Assembly: GCF_042660085.1 (NCBI RefSeq)
Contig: NZ_JBHSTI010000008.1
Coordinates: forward strand, 2,025,604 to 2,057,603
Source: Longivirga aurantiaca
Lineage (GTDB): Bacteria; Actinomycetota; Actinomycetes; S36-B12; CAIYMF01
Reading direction: 5' to 3'
Length of the DNA stretch: 32,000 bases
The notes below the pieces were generated by a model. That model ran no database searches and was not told where the DNA came from. It was given only the letters and a program-made list of their open reading frames with translations. Numbering within the stretch: the first letter of the stretch is position 1; every line of letters begins with the position of its first letter. Shown here piece by piece: positions 16,367 to 26,742 of the stretch. The position numbers and the translations under genes are program-made.

Positions 16367-16504
16367 GGCGGACGGCGGGGGCAAGCGGGGACCCCTGCTG
16401 ACAGGCCGGCTGCGGCGGCTGGCTCAGCCGCGCGCTCGAGTATCGCGCGGCACCGGAATAGGCACACCCCCCTCCGCGTCGGCTGGGCGTCCGGAGGCCA
16501 GCGT

Positions 16505-16593
16505 CAGGACCGCGCGCGCCCAGCGCAGCCAGCACGGTATGGCCGACAGCCCGAAACCGCATGAAAGTCCGTCTCCCCCATCGGCGAGGCAAG
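16505..16593 (-). repeat. 89-bp inverted-repeat element, right copy
   Basis: Reverse complement of the left copy with 2 substitutions. It ends 2 nt from the stop codon of the 16596-16928 gene. Confidence 0.9.
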
Positions 16594-16595
16594 CC

Positions 16596-16928
16596 TCAGG
16601 CGGTGGGGTCCGCCCGCAGCACGCGGTCGAGGGCGGCTGCGACGTCGGCCGCGAGGGCCTCCCGGGGCGACCCCTCCCGCTCGACGTTCGCGCCGGGAGC
16701 GGCCACCGAGGCTCCGACGTGACCGCAGCCCCGGCACACGACCTCGCCGAGCCGCTTCACGAGCACGGTCGACCCGCACTGCGCGCACCGGTCGAGCCCG
16801 TCGGTCCAGCCGTCGGTCTGGCAGTCGGGGCAGACGAGCACCTGCTCGCCCACCACGACGGCACGACGCCAGGTCGACGGACCGGAGTCCGGGTCGACCT
16901 GGCGTCGACCGCACACGACGCACCCCAT
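16596..16928 (-). CDS. Small four-CxxC (double zinc-ribbon) protein
   Basis: ATG 16928. CVVCG...CPDC...CAQCG...CRGCG. High GC3. Lies 37 nt downstream of ahpE on the same strand. Confidence 0.7.
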   Translation of the reverse strand: MGCVVCGRRQVDPDSGPSTWRRAVVVGEQVLVCPDCQTDGWTDGLDRCAQCGSTVLVKRLGEVVCRGCGHVGASVAAPGANVEREGSPREALAADVAAALDRVLRADPTA

Positions 16929-16965
16929 GGCACCGATGGTGCCAGCAGGACGCCGGGATGCGGGA

Positions 16966-17430
16966 TCAGGCAGTGATCGCGAGCAGGGCGTCGCGGTAGT
17001 CCTGGGTGCGCCGGGCGTCGCCCGGGCCGTTCACGACCGACCAGCGCACGACGCCGTCCTTGTCGATGATGAACGTCGCACGGAGCGGGAAGCCGCCGGG
17101 CTCGAAGAAGACGCCGTACTCCTGGGTCACGGCGCCGTGCGGCCAGAAGTCGCTGAGGAGCTGGAACTCGTAGCCCTCCTGCTCGGCGAACACCTTGAGC
17201 GTGGCCGTCGTGTCGCACGAGATGCCGAGGACGACGGTGTCGTCGTTCTCGAACACCGACCGCTCGTCGCGGATCTCGCACAGCTCGCCGGTGCAGGTGG
17301 CCGTGAACGCCTTCGGGTAGAAGACGACCACGACCGTCTTCTCGCCGCGGAACGACGAGAGACGCACCGGGGTGCCGAACTGGTTCCTGAGCTCGAAGTC
17401 GGGGGCTTCCTGGCCCACCTCGACCGGCAT
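16966..17430 (-). CDS. ahpE: Peroxiredoxin, AhpE type
   Basis: ATG 17430 after AGGAAGG. APDFELR, VVVFYPKAFTATCTGEL and LLSDFWPHGAVTQEYGVF match the mycobacterial AhpE pattern. 154 aa. Confidence 0.9.
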   Translation of the reverse strand: MPVEVGQEAPDFELRNQFGTPVRLSSFRGEKTVVVVFYPKAFTATCTGELCEIRDERSVFENDDTVVLGISCDTTATLKVFAEQEGYEFQLLSDFWPHGAVTQEYGVFFEPGGFPLRATFIIDKDGVVRWSVVNGPGDARRTQDYRDALLAITA

Positions 17431-17489
17431 GCGCGTGCCCTTCCTGGCCCTGGGCCGCGGAAGCGTCCCCACCACGGCAGGATTCGATC

Positions 17490-18419
17490 GTGGCACAGCT
17501 TCCCTCCGTCCTCCTCCCGAGCCCTGGCGACCGCGGGCTCGCGACGACCGACCGCGACCGGCTCGCGGCGTCGGTCGACCGGGCGTGGGCGCTGTTCGCC
17601 GAGATGGTCGAGCCGCTCGACCTCGCAGCCGTCACGCGCGCCAAGGGTCTGACGGTGCGCGAGGTGGTGACGCCGCTGGGTGCCTGGCCGGACAACCGGC
17701 CGCTGGCGCAGCTGCTCGAGGAGGCGCGCAGCGGAGTGGTCGGCGACCACGACCAGGGAGCCCTCGTGGACGCCGTGCGCGCCGCGCACGCCGACGAGCC
17801 GCGCGACGCCGTGCTGGCCGCGGTCCGGGCGCAGGGCGGCCAGATGGCGGCGTGGCTTGCGTCGGAGGAGTCCGACGTCGACGGTCTGCTGCCCGTGGCG
17901 TCGATGCTCGGCACGATCCCGCTGCTCACGTTCCTGCACGCCTCGACGTACCCGCTGGCGACCTCGGCGCTGGACCTCGAGCAGGCCGGCGCCGTCGTGC
18001 CGGACGAGCTGCTCGCGCTCGGGCTCGTCGGGGTGCTCGACACCATCGGCGCCCTGGCCGCCCGGCAGGGGCTCACCGCATCGCTCGTCGCCGTGACGCC
18101 GACGCTGTGCGCCGGGGTCGCGTCGGTGCCCGGGGCATGGCGCACGGCCGACCTCGACGGGCTCGACGCCGCCGACCTCGGGCCGCGTGTGGAGGGCACC
18201 GTGCGGATGCTTCTCGACGTGACGGCGAGCCGGGCCGACGTGCCGCGGGCCATGGCAGCGAAGACCCTGGCGCTGCACGACGTCCCGGGGCTGCTCGCGC
18301 TGGCGCCGCTCGTCGATCAGGTGCCGGGGATCCCAGGCGGCGCGGCGCTGTCCGCGAGCATGCGCGCGGTGTCCGCCGTGGGGTCGCTGCTGCGCCGCCT
18401 GCCGTTCACGCGAGGCTGA
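17490..18419 (+). CDS. Conserved hypothetical protein (Ala/Leu-rich, possibly DinB/MDMPI-like N-terminus)
   Basis: 309-aa ORF with high GC3, a GTG start, divergent from ahpE. I recognised no diagnostic motif. Confidence 0.6.
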   Translation: MAQLPSVLLPSPGDRGLATTDRDRLAASVDRAWALFAEMVEPLDLAAVTRAKGLTVREVVTPLGAWPDNRPLAQLLEEARSGVVGDHDQGALVDAVRAAHADEPRDAVLAAVRAQGGQMAAWLASEESDVDGLLPVASMLGTIPLLTFLHASTYPLATSALDLEQAGAVVPDELLALGLVGVLDTIGALAARQGLTASLVAVTPTLCAGVASVPGAWRTADLDGLDAADLGPRVEGTVRMLLDVTASRADVPRAMAAKTLALHDVPGLLALAPLVDQVPGIPGGAALSASMRAVSAVGSLLRRLPFTRG

Positions 18420-18426
18420 GCCAGGG

Positions 18427-18858
18427 TCAGCGGCGGGAGGCCTTGGGGGCGACGAGGCGGGTGCCCTGCCACTCGCGGGAGGCCGACAGGGTGCTCGTGG
18501 CCTGCAGGCCCGCGGTGGGGGCGGCGTCGGCGATGTCGCTGGCCTCGACGTGGCCGTCGCGGCCGGGCTTGGGCGTGAGCAGCCAGACGACGCCCTGGTC
18601 GGCGAGGATCGCGATGGCGTCCATGAGGGCGTCGACGAGGTCGCCGTCGTCCTCGCGCCACCACAGCAGCACGACGTCCACGACGTCGTCGTAGTCCTCG
18701 TCCACGAGCTCGGCGCCCGTGGCTGCGGCGATCGCGGAGCGGAGCTCTGCGTCGACGTCGTCGTCGTAGCCGATCTCCTGCACGACCTGCCCGGAGACGA
18801 TCCCGAACCGAGCCGCCAGGCTCTTCTGGGCCTCCGCGCCGTCCGCCGTCGCGGTCAC
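18427..18858 (-). CDS. DUF3052 family protein (Rv2239c-like)
   Basis: GTG 18858 after GGAGGA. TATADGAE...LAARFGI..GQVVQEIGYDDDVD...VVLLWWREDDGDLVDAL pattern. Position next to aceE as in mycobacteria. Confidence 0.8.
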   Translation of the reverse strand: MTATADGAEAQKSLAARFGIVSGQVVQEIGYDDDVDAELRSAIAAATGAELVDEDYDDVVDVVLLWWREDDGDLVDALMDAIAILADQGVVWLLTPKPGRDGHVEASDIADAAPTAGLQATSTLSASREWQGTRLVAPKASRR

Positions 18859-19162
18859 GACGTCCTCCGCTTCCTCACGCCGACGGCACTGCGCCACCGG
18901 GTGGGGCTAGTCCACCGGACCGCGAGCCGCGCACGCAAGCACCACGGCCTCGTTGCTGCGCGCGTCGCCCCAGGTGGGAACCCTCCGAACGCACCCTGAC
19001 CCGGTTCGCGGCCGCCACGATGCGGTGACCCGCGAGTAACCGGCAGGATGGTCCCTGCGTCTCCCCGCGACCCGGGGACCCCGGCGCGGACCGGCACACG
19101 CACCAGCCTGGCAACCCGAGGGCAACGGCGCCCCCGCACGCACTTCCTTGCGACCCGAGGAG

Positions 19163-21910
<2,748 letters not shown>

Positions 21911-21925
21911 CCAATCCCGCGATTT

Positions 21926-21965
21926 GGTAGTGGAAAGTCGCGCTCTGCTGCGACTTTCCACTACC
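21926..21965. terminator. Bidirectional 16-bp stem hairpin (GGTAGTGGAAAGTCGC / GCGACTTTCCACTACC), unusually AT-rich
   Basis: Perfect inverted repeat between convergent aceE and pirin genes. Confidence 0.75.
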
Positions 21966-21972
21966 GAATCGG

Positions 21973-22752
21973 TCAGCCCAGGGTGGCATGCATCTCCCAG
22001 ACCAGGACCTCGGCGTCGCCGCCGACGGCGGTAACCCTCTGGCCCTCGGACACCGTGATGCGGGCGGCGTCGCCAGTCTCCAGAGTCCCTGCGCCCTCGA
22101 GCTCGACCGCGCCGCGCGCGACGAACAGGTGGACGAACGGCGCCGCGGGAAGCTCGACGCTGCCGCCGTCGGCAAGCCGCGCGGCGAGCAGGCCGGCGTA
22201 CTGGTTCTGGATGCGGATCGCGCGGTCGTCGGCGTGCTTGGCCATGCCGGACGCAACGGTGACGAGCCCGCCCGCCTGCAGCTCGGCGGTGATGTCGAGC
22301 TGCTCGTAGCCGGGCGCGAGGCGCTGCGTGTCGGGCACGACCCACATCTGGATGAAGTGCACCGGGTCGGTGTGGGTGTCGCCGCCGGTGAGGCGCCAGG
22401 AGTCGTTCTTCTCCGAGTGCAGGATCCCGGTGCCGGCGCTCATGCGCTGGGCGAGCCCCGGCTGGATGACGCCGCTGTGCCCCTCGGAGTCCTGGTGGAC
22501 GAGGCCGCCGTCGAGCACCCAGGTGACGATCTCCATGTCGCGGTGCGGGTGCGTCTCGAAGCCGGTGCCGGGCGCGACGACGTCGTCGTTGGAGACCAGC
22601 AGCAGGCCGAAGTGGGTGTTGGCCGGGTCGCGGTGGTGCCCGAACGAGAACGAGTGCGAGCTGTCGAGCCAGCCGAGGTCGGTCGCGAACCGGTCGGCGG
22701 AGCGGCGCAGGTCGACCGAGGGCGTGAGCGAGGCGGTCGATGAGGTGGTCAC
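21973..22752 (-). CDS. Pirin family protein
   Basis: HSFSFGHH...GFETHPHRDMEIVTWVLDG.L.HQDS.GH...GTGILHSE motifs. GTG 22752 after GGAGGA (alternative GTG at 22788). Confidence 0.85.
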   Translation of the reverse strand: MTTSSTASLTPSVDLRRSADRFATDLGWLDSSHSFSFGHHRDPANTHFGLLLVSNDDVVAPGTGFETHPHRDMEIVTWVLDGGLVHQDSEGHSGVIQPGLAQRMSAGTGILHSEKNDSWRLTGGDTHTDPVHFIQMWVVPDTQRLAPGYEQLDITAELQAGGLVTVASGMAKHADDRAIRIQNQYAGLLAARLADGGSVELPAAPFVHLFVARGAVELEGAGTLETGDAARITVSEGQRVTAVGGDAEVLVWEMHATLG

Positions 22753-22855
22753 GGGTCCTCCAGCGGTTGTGGTTGATCGTTCAACCACATGACCTGTTGT
22801 CGTATTCCGACAGTCGCGGGGCCTGGCAGGCCTCGCTGAACCCTAGGCTTCGCCC

Positions 22856-24031
22856 GTGCCCACCGCGAGCGAGCGCCACCGCGCCACCACCGTGCGCCGC
22901 CTCGAGCGCGCGACCGGCAGCCTCGCCACCGCCGCCTCGGCCCGGATGGAGTCCGAGCTCCCCTGGTACGCCGCGATGTCCGCCGAGGACCGCTCCTGGG
23001 TCAACCTCGTGGCGCAGGCCGGCATCGCGGCCTTCGTCCGCTGGTTCCGCGACCCGGAGGGCGCCTCGGCCATCACCGCCGACGTCTTCGGCACCGCGCC
23101 GCAGGAGCTCGTGCGCGCGGTCTCCCTGCAGCAGACGGTCGACCTCGTCCGCACGACGATCGCCGTGGTCGAGGAGCACGTCCAGGAGCTGGCCAGCCCC
23201 GAGGACCTCCCCTGGGTGCGCGAGGGCATGCTCCTCTACTCCCGCGAGATCGCCTTCGCCGCGGCGCAGGTCTACGCGCGTGCGGCCGAGGCCCGCGGCG
23301 CGTGGGACGCCCGGCTCGAGTCGCTCGTGCTCGACGCCCTGCTGCGTGACGACCTCGCCGACGACGTCGTCTCCCGCGGCGCCGCGCTCGGGTGGGGCGC
23401 GGTCACGGGAGTGTGCGTGGTCACAGGCCATGCGCCGGACGGCGACCCCGAGACCGTCGCCGAGGGCGTGAAGCGGGCGGCGCGCCACCACCGGTACGAC
23501 GCGCTCACCGGCGTCCAGTCCCAGCGCCTCGTCGTGGTGCTCGGCAACGTCACCGACGCCGCGACCGCGGCCCGGGCCGTCCTCGCCCACTTCGCACCCG
23601 GCCCGGTCGTGGTCGGGCCCGTCGTCCCCCGCCTCGCCGACGCCGGCCGCAGCGCCAAGGAGTCGCTCACCGCCCTCCGGGCGGCGGTGGCCTGGCCGGA
23701 CGCGCCGAGGCCCGTGCTCGCCGAGGACCTGCTGCCCGAGCGCGCCCTCGACGGCGACGACGACGCCGTCGCGCGGCTCGTGACCGAGGTGTACGACCGG
23801 CTGCTGGCGGAGGACCCGGCGCTGGTCGAGACGCTGTCGGCGTACCTCGAGCGGACGGGCAGCCTCGAGGGCACCGCGCGCGAGCTGTTCGTCCACCCCA
23901 ACACCGTGCGCTACCGTCTGCGGCGCGTCGCCGACGTCACCGGCCTCACGCCCACGATGCCCCGCGACGCCTGGTCGCTGCGGATGGCGCTGGCCCTCGG
24001 GCGCCTCGGCGAGGACCGAACCTCCACCTGA
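22856..24031 (+). CDS. PucR-family transcriptional regulator, MabR(Rv2242)/FasR(SCO2386)-like by position
   Basis: C-terminal PucR HTH (GSLEGTARELFVHPNTVRYRLRRVADVTG). Located between aceE and fabD, like the known FAS-II regulators. Confidence 0.85.
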   Translation: MPTASERHRATTVRRLERATGSLATAASARMESELPWYAAMSAEDRSWVNLVAQAGIAAFVRWFRDPEGASAITADVFGTAPQELVRAVSLQQTVDLVRTTIAVVEEHVQELASPEDLPWVREGMLLYSREIAFAAAQVYARAAEARGAWDARLESLVLDALLRDDLADDVVSRGAALGWGAVTGVCVVTGHAPDGDPETVAEGVKRAARHHRYDALTGVQSQRLVVVLGNVTDAATAARAVLAHFAPGPVVVGPVVPRLADAGRSAKESLTALRAAVAWPDAPRPVLAEDLLPERALDGDDDAVARLVTEVYDRLLAEDPALVETLSAYLERTGSLEGTARELFVHPNTVRYRLRRVADVTGLTPTMPRDAWSLRMALALGRLGEDRTST

Positions 24032-24035
24032 TACG

Positions 24036-24052
24036 TTGTAGGAAACCTACAA
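24036..24052. promoter_or_regulatory. AT-rich perfect palindrome TTGTAGG-AAA-CCTACAA upstream of fabD (candidate operator)
   Basis: Read directly. 11/17 positions are A/T in a GC-rich genome. It lies 5 nt after the regulator's stop and 68 nt before the fabD GTG. Confidence 0.45.
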
Positions 24053-24119
24053 AGTTCGCGGGTCGGGTTTGGCCGGGCCGTGATCTCCGCGTGACCTTCT
24101 CTCCCGGAAGGCTGAACCC

Positions 24120-25307
24120 GTGCTCGTCGTCGTCGCGCCCGGACAGGGCTCTCAGACCCCCGGTTTCCTCACGCCCTGGCTGGAGGTGCCCGGCTTCGCG
24201 GACCGCCTCCGCTGGCTCTCCACCGTCGCCGGGATCGACCTCGTGCAGCACGGCACCGAGAGCGACGCCGACACCATCCGCGACACCGCCGTGGCGCAGC
24301 CGCTGCTGGTGGGGGCGGGCCTGGTCACGCTGGTGAGCCTGTTCCCGCACCCGGCCGAGGCGTACGGCAAGGTCGGCGCGGGGGCCGGGCACAGCGTCGG
24401 CGAGATCACCGCCGCCGTCGGCGCCGGTGTCATGACGGCCGAGCAGGCCATGGTGTTCGTGCGCGAGCGCGGCCGCGCGATGGCCGCCGCCGCAGCCGTC
24501 ACCCCCACCGGGATGACGGCGGTGCTCGGCGGCGACCGCGACGAGGTCGTCGCCGCCGCCGAGAAGCACGGACTCACCGCCGCCAACGAGAACGGCGCCG
24601 GGCAGATCGTGGTGGCCGGCACCCTCGAGCAGCTCGAGGCGTTCGCCGCCGAGCCGCCGGCCAGGGCCCGGCTGCGCCCCCTGCAGGTGGCAGGCGCGTT
24701 CCACACCCGCCACATGGGCCCCGCCGTCGCCGAGCTCGCGGCCCTGGCCCGCAGCATCTACGTGCACGACACGCGCCTGCGCCTCATCAGCAACGCCGAC
24801 GGCCAGGTCGTGCACAGCGGCCGCGACGTCCTTACGCGTCTCGTCACCCAGGTGAGCAACCCCGTCCGCTGGGACCTCTGCATGCAGACGATGGGCGAGA
24901 TCGGCGTCACGGCGCTGCTCGAGCTCACGCCGGGCGGCACGCTCACCGGCCTCGCCAAGCGCGGGCTCCCCGGCGTCGAGGCCCTGGCCCTCAACACCCC
25001 CGACGACCTGCCGGCCGCCTGGGACCTCATCGAGCGTCACGCCACGGTCGCACCGACCTCGCAGTCGCCCACCTGGCGCCTGCTCGTCGCCCCTGCCAAG
25101 GGCACCTTCCGCCTCGGCGTCACCTCCGAGAGCGGCGACAGCCTCGTGGCCGGCGCCGCGATCGGATCGATCGTCAACCTGCGCGACGAGCAGCCCGTGC
25201 TCGCACCGCACGGCGGCACCGTCGTCGAGTGGCTCGTCGAGGACGGCGACCCCGTGAGCCCCGGCCAGCCGCTCGTGCGCCTGCACCCCGAGGCCGGTCG
25301 CGCGTGA
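24120..25307 (+). CDS. fabD: Malonyl-CoA:ACP transacylase fused to a C-terminal BCCP-like (biotinyl/lipoyl-fold) domain lacking the modifiable Lys
   Basis: FabD motifs (APGQGSQ, GHSVGE, the GAFHT region) in aa 1-~305. aa 318-395 align to the BCCP pattern (APAKGTF...G..V..G..IG.I...(no MKM)...APHGGTVVEWLVEDGDPVSPGQPLVRL). One continuous high-GC3 frame. Confidence 0.85.
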   Translation: MLVVVAPGQGSQTPGFLTPWLEVPGFADRLRWLSTVAGIDLVQHGTESDADTIRDTAVAQPLLVGAGLVTLVSLFPHPAEAYGKVGAGAGHSVGEITAAVGAGVMTAEQAMVFVRERGRAMAAAAAVTPTGMTAVLGGDRDEVVAAAEKHGLTAANENGAGQIVVAGTLEQLEAFAAEPPARARLRPLQVAGAFHTRHMGPAVAELAALARSIYVHDTRLRLISNADGQVVHSGRDVLTRLVTQVSNPVRWDLCMQTMGEIGVTALLELTPGGTLTGLAKRGLPGVEALALNTPDDLPAAWDLIERHATVAPTSQSPTWRLLVAPAKGTFRLGVTSESGDSLVAGAAIGSIVNLRDEQPVLAPHGGTVVEWLVEDGDPVSPGQPLVRLHPEAGRA

Positions 25308-26308
25308 CCGCCCGCATCGCGACGACGCCCGTCCGCGCCGGCAGTCGCATCGTCTCCACCGGCTCCTACCGGCCGGCGCGCGTGATCGACAACGCCGAGG
25401 TCTGCACGTGGATCGAGTCCTCGGACGAGTGGATCCGCGAGCGGTCGGGCATCGTCGAGCGGCGCTGGGCGGCACCGGACGAGAGCGTGACCGACATGGG
25501 CCTCGCCGCGGCCGAGAAGGCGCTGGCGGCGTCCGGGCTGTCAGCCACCGATCTGTCGATGGTGCTCGTCGCCACCGTGTCGCACCCGTACCAGACGCCC
25601 TCGGCCGCAGCCGAGATCGCCGACCGCATCGGCGCCCCGCAGGCCGCGGCGCTCGACGTCGCCGCCGCGTGCGCCGGCTTCTGCTACGCCCTCGGCCTCG
25701 CCGACAACCTCATCCGGTCCGGCCAGTCCGAGCACATCCTCGTGATCGGCGTCGAGAAGCTCTCGGACTTCGTGCGCCAGGACGACCGCGGCTCGTCGTT
25801 CATCTTCGCCGACGGCGCGGGCGCGGTCGTGGTGAGCCCGAGCGACCACGCCGGCATCGGACCGACCGTCTGGGGCGCCGACGGCGCGCAGAAGGACGCC
25901 ATCACGATGACGCAGTCGTGGACCGAGTTCCGCGACGACCCGAGCCACGGCTTCCCGGCGCTCGTCATGCAGGGCCAGCAGGTGTTCCGCTGGGCCGTGG
26001 GCGAGATGGCCAAGGTCTCGCAGGAGGCCCTCGCTGCCGCCGGCGTCACCGTGGACGACCTCGCCGCGTTCGTGCCGCACCAGGCGAACAACCGGATCAC
26101 CGACGCCATCGTGCGCCAGCTCGCCCTGCCCGACCACGTGGTCGTCGCCCGCGACATCATCACCACGGGCAACACCTCGGCCGCCTCGGTGCCGCTCGCG
26201 CTCGACCGCATGCTCGAGAGCGGCGAGGTGGGCCACGGCGGCCTCGCCCTGCTCGTCGGGTTCGGCGCGGGCCTCGCCTACGCCGCCCAGGTGGTGGAGA
26301 TCCCCTAG
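25304..26308 (+). CDS. fabH: 3-oxoacyl-ACP synthase III
   Basis: The GTG start overlaps the fabD stop (GTGA). SDEWIRERSGI, AACAGF (active Cys), HQAN and GNTSAAS motifs. Confidence 0.9.
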   Translation: MTARIATTPVRAGSRIVSTGSYRPARVIDNAEVCTWIESSDEWIRERSGIVERRWAAPDESVTDMGLAAAEKALAASGLSATDLSMVLVATVSHPYQTPSAAAEIADRIGAPQAAALDVAAACAGFCYALGLADNLIRSGQSEHILVIGVEKLSDFVRQDDRGSSFIFADGAGAVVVSPSDHAGIGPTVWGADGAQKDAITMTQSWTEFRDDPSHGFPALVMQGQQVFRWAVGEMAKVSQEALAAAGVTVDDLAAFVPHQANNRITDAIVRQLALPDHVVVARDIITTGNTSAASVPLALDRMLESGEVGHGGLALLVGFGAGLAYAAQVVEIP

Positions 26309-26409
26309 TCCCCCGCTGCCCTCGGCACCGGGAGCACGACCCGCACGACCGCTCGTCGCACCACCAGGAAGCACCACACCGTCCAGCACCGATCTGCAGG
26401 AGAAGCAAC

Positions 26410-26646
26410 GTGTCTCAGACCCTCGAGGGCCTCGCCGCCATCGTCAACGAGGTCGCCGGTACCCCCATCGCCGACATCACCCCCGAGAAGTCCTTCGTGG
26501 ACGACCTGGACATCGACTCGCTGTCGATGGTCGAGGTCGTCATGGCCTGCGAGGACAAGTTCGGCGTCAGCATCCCCGACGGCGAGGTCAAGAACCTCAA
26601 GACCGTCGGCGACGCCGTCGCCTTCATCGACGCCAACGCCGGCTGA
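26410..26646 (+). CDS. acpP: Acyl carrier protein
   Basis: GTG 26410 after AGGAGA. DLDIDSLSMVE phosphopantetheine-attachment motif. 78 aa. Confidence 0.9.
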   Translation: MSQTLEGLAAIVNEVAGTPIADITPEKSFVDDLDIDSLSMVEVVMACEDKFGVSIPDGEVKNLKTVGDAVAFIDANAG

Positions 26647-26742
26647 CCAAGCCGCACCGCCGTCGTCGCGGCGGCGCCCCCACCGGGGCGCCGCCCGCAC
26701 GACCTCTCGTCCCTCCCCGCTACGAGCCCAGGAGCTTCGTCC

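Noticed and set aside
12966-16600. Classical tRNA-targeted integrative island at tRNA-Val
   Set aside because: I found no integrase or excisionase gene and no direct repeat of the tRNA 3' end. The atypical segment also lies on the 5' side of the tRNA rather than the 3' side.
13557-16600. CCTCAGG as a definite 7-bp target-site duplication
   Set aside because: CCTCAGG and its complement CCTGAGG differ at one central base. The same bases can therefore be read as an extension of the inverted repeat. The left copy is also offset by one nucleotide. I reported it as ambiguous only.
25408-26646. 412-aa ORF and the 697-aa ORF at 27318-29411 as long fusion proteins
   Set aside because: Only their 3' portions are genuine: acpP from GTG 26410 and accD6 from ATG 27984. 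The upstream parts overlap fabH and fabF out of frame and read as Arg/Pro-rich.
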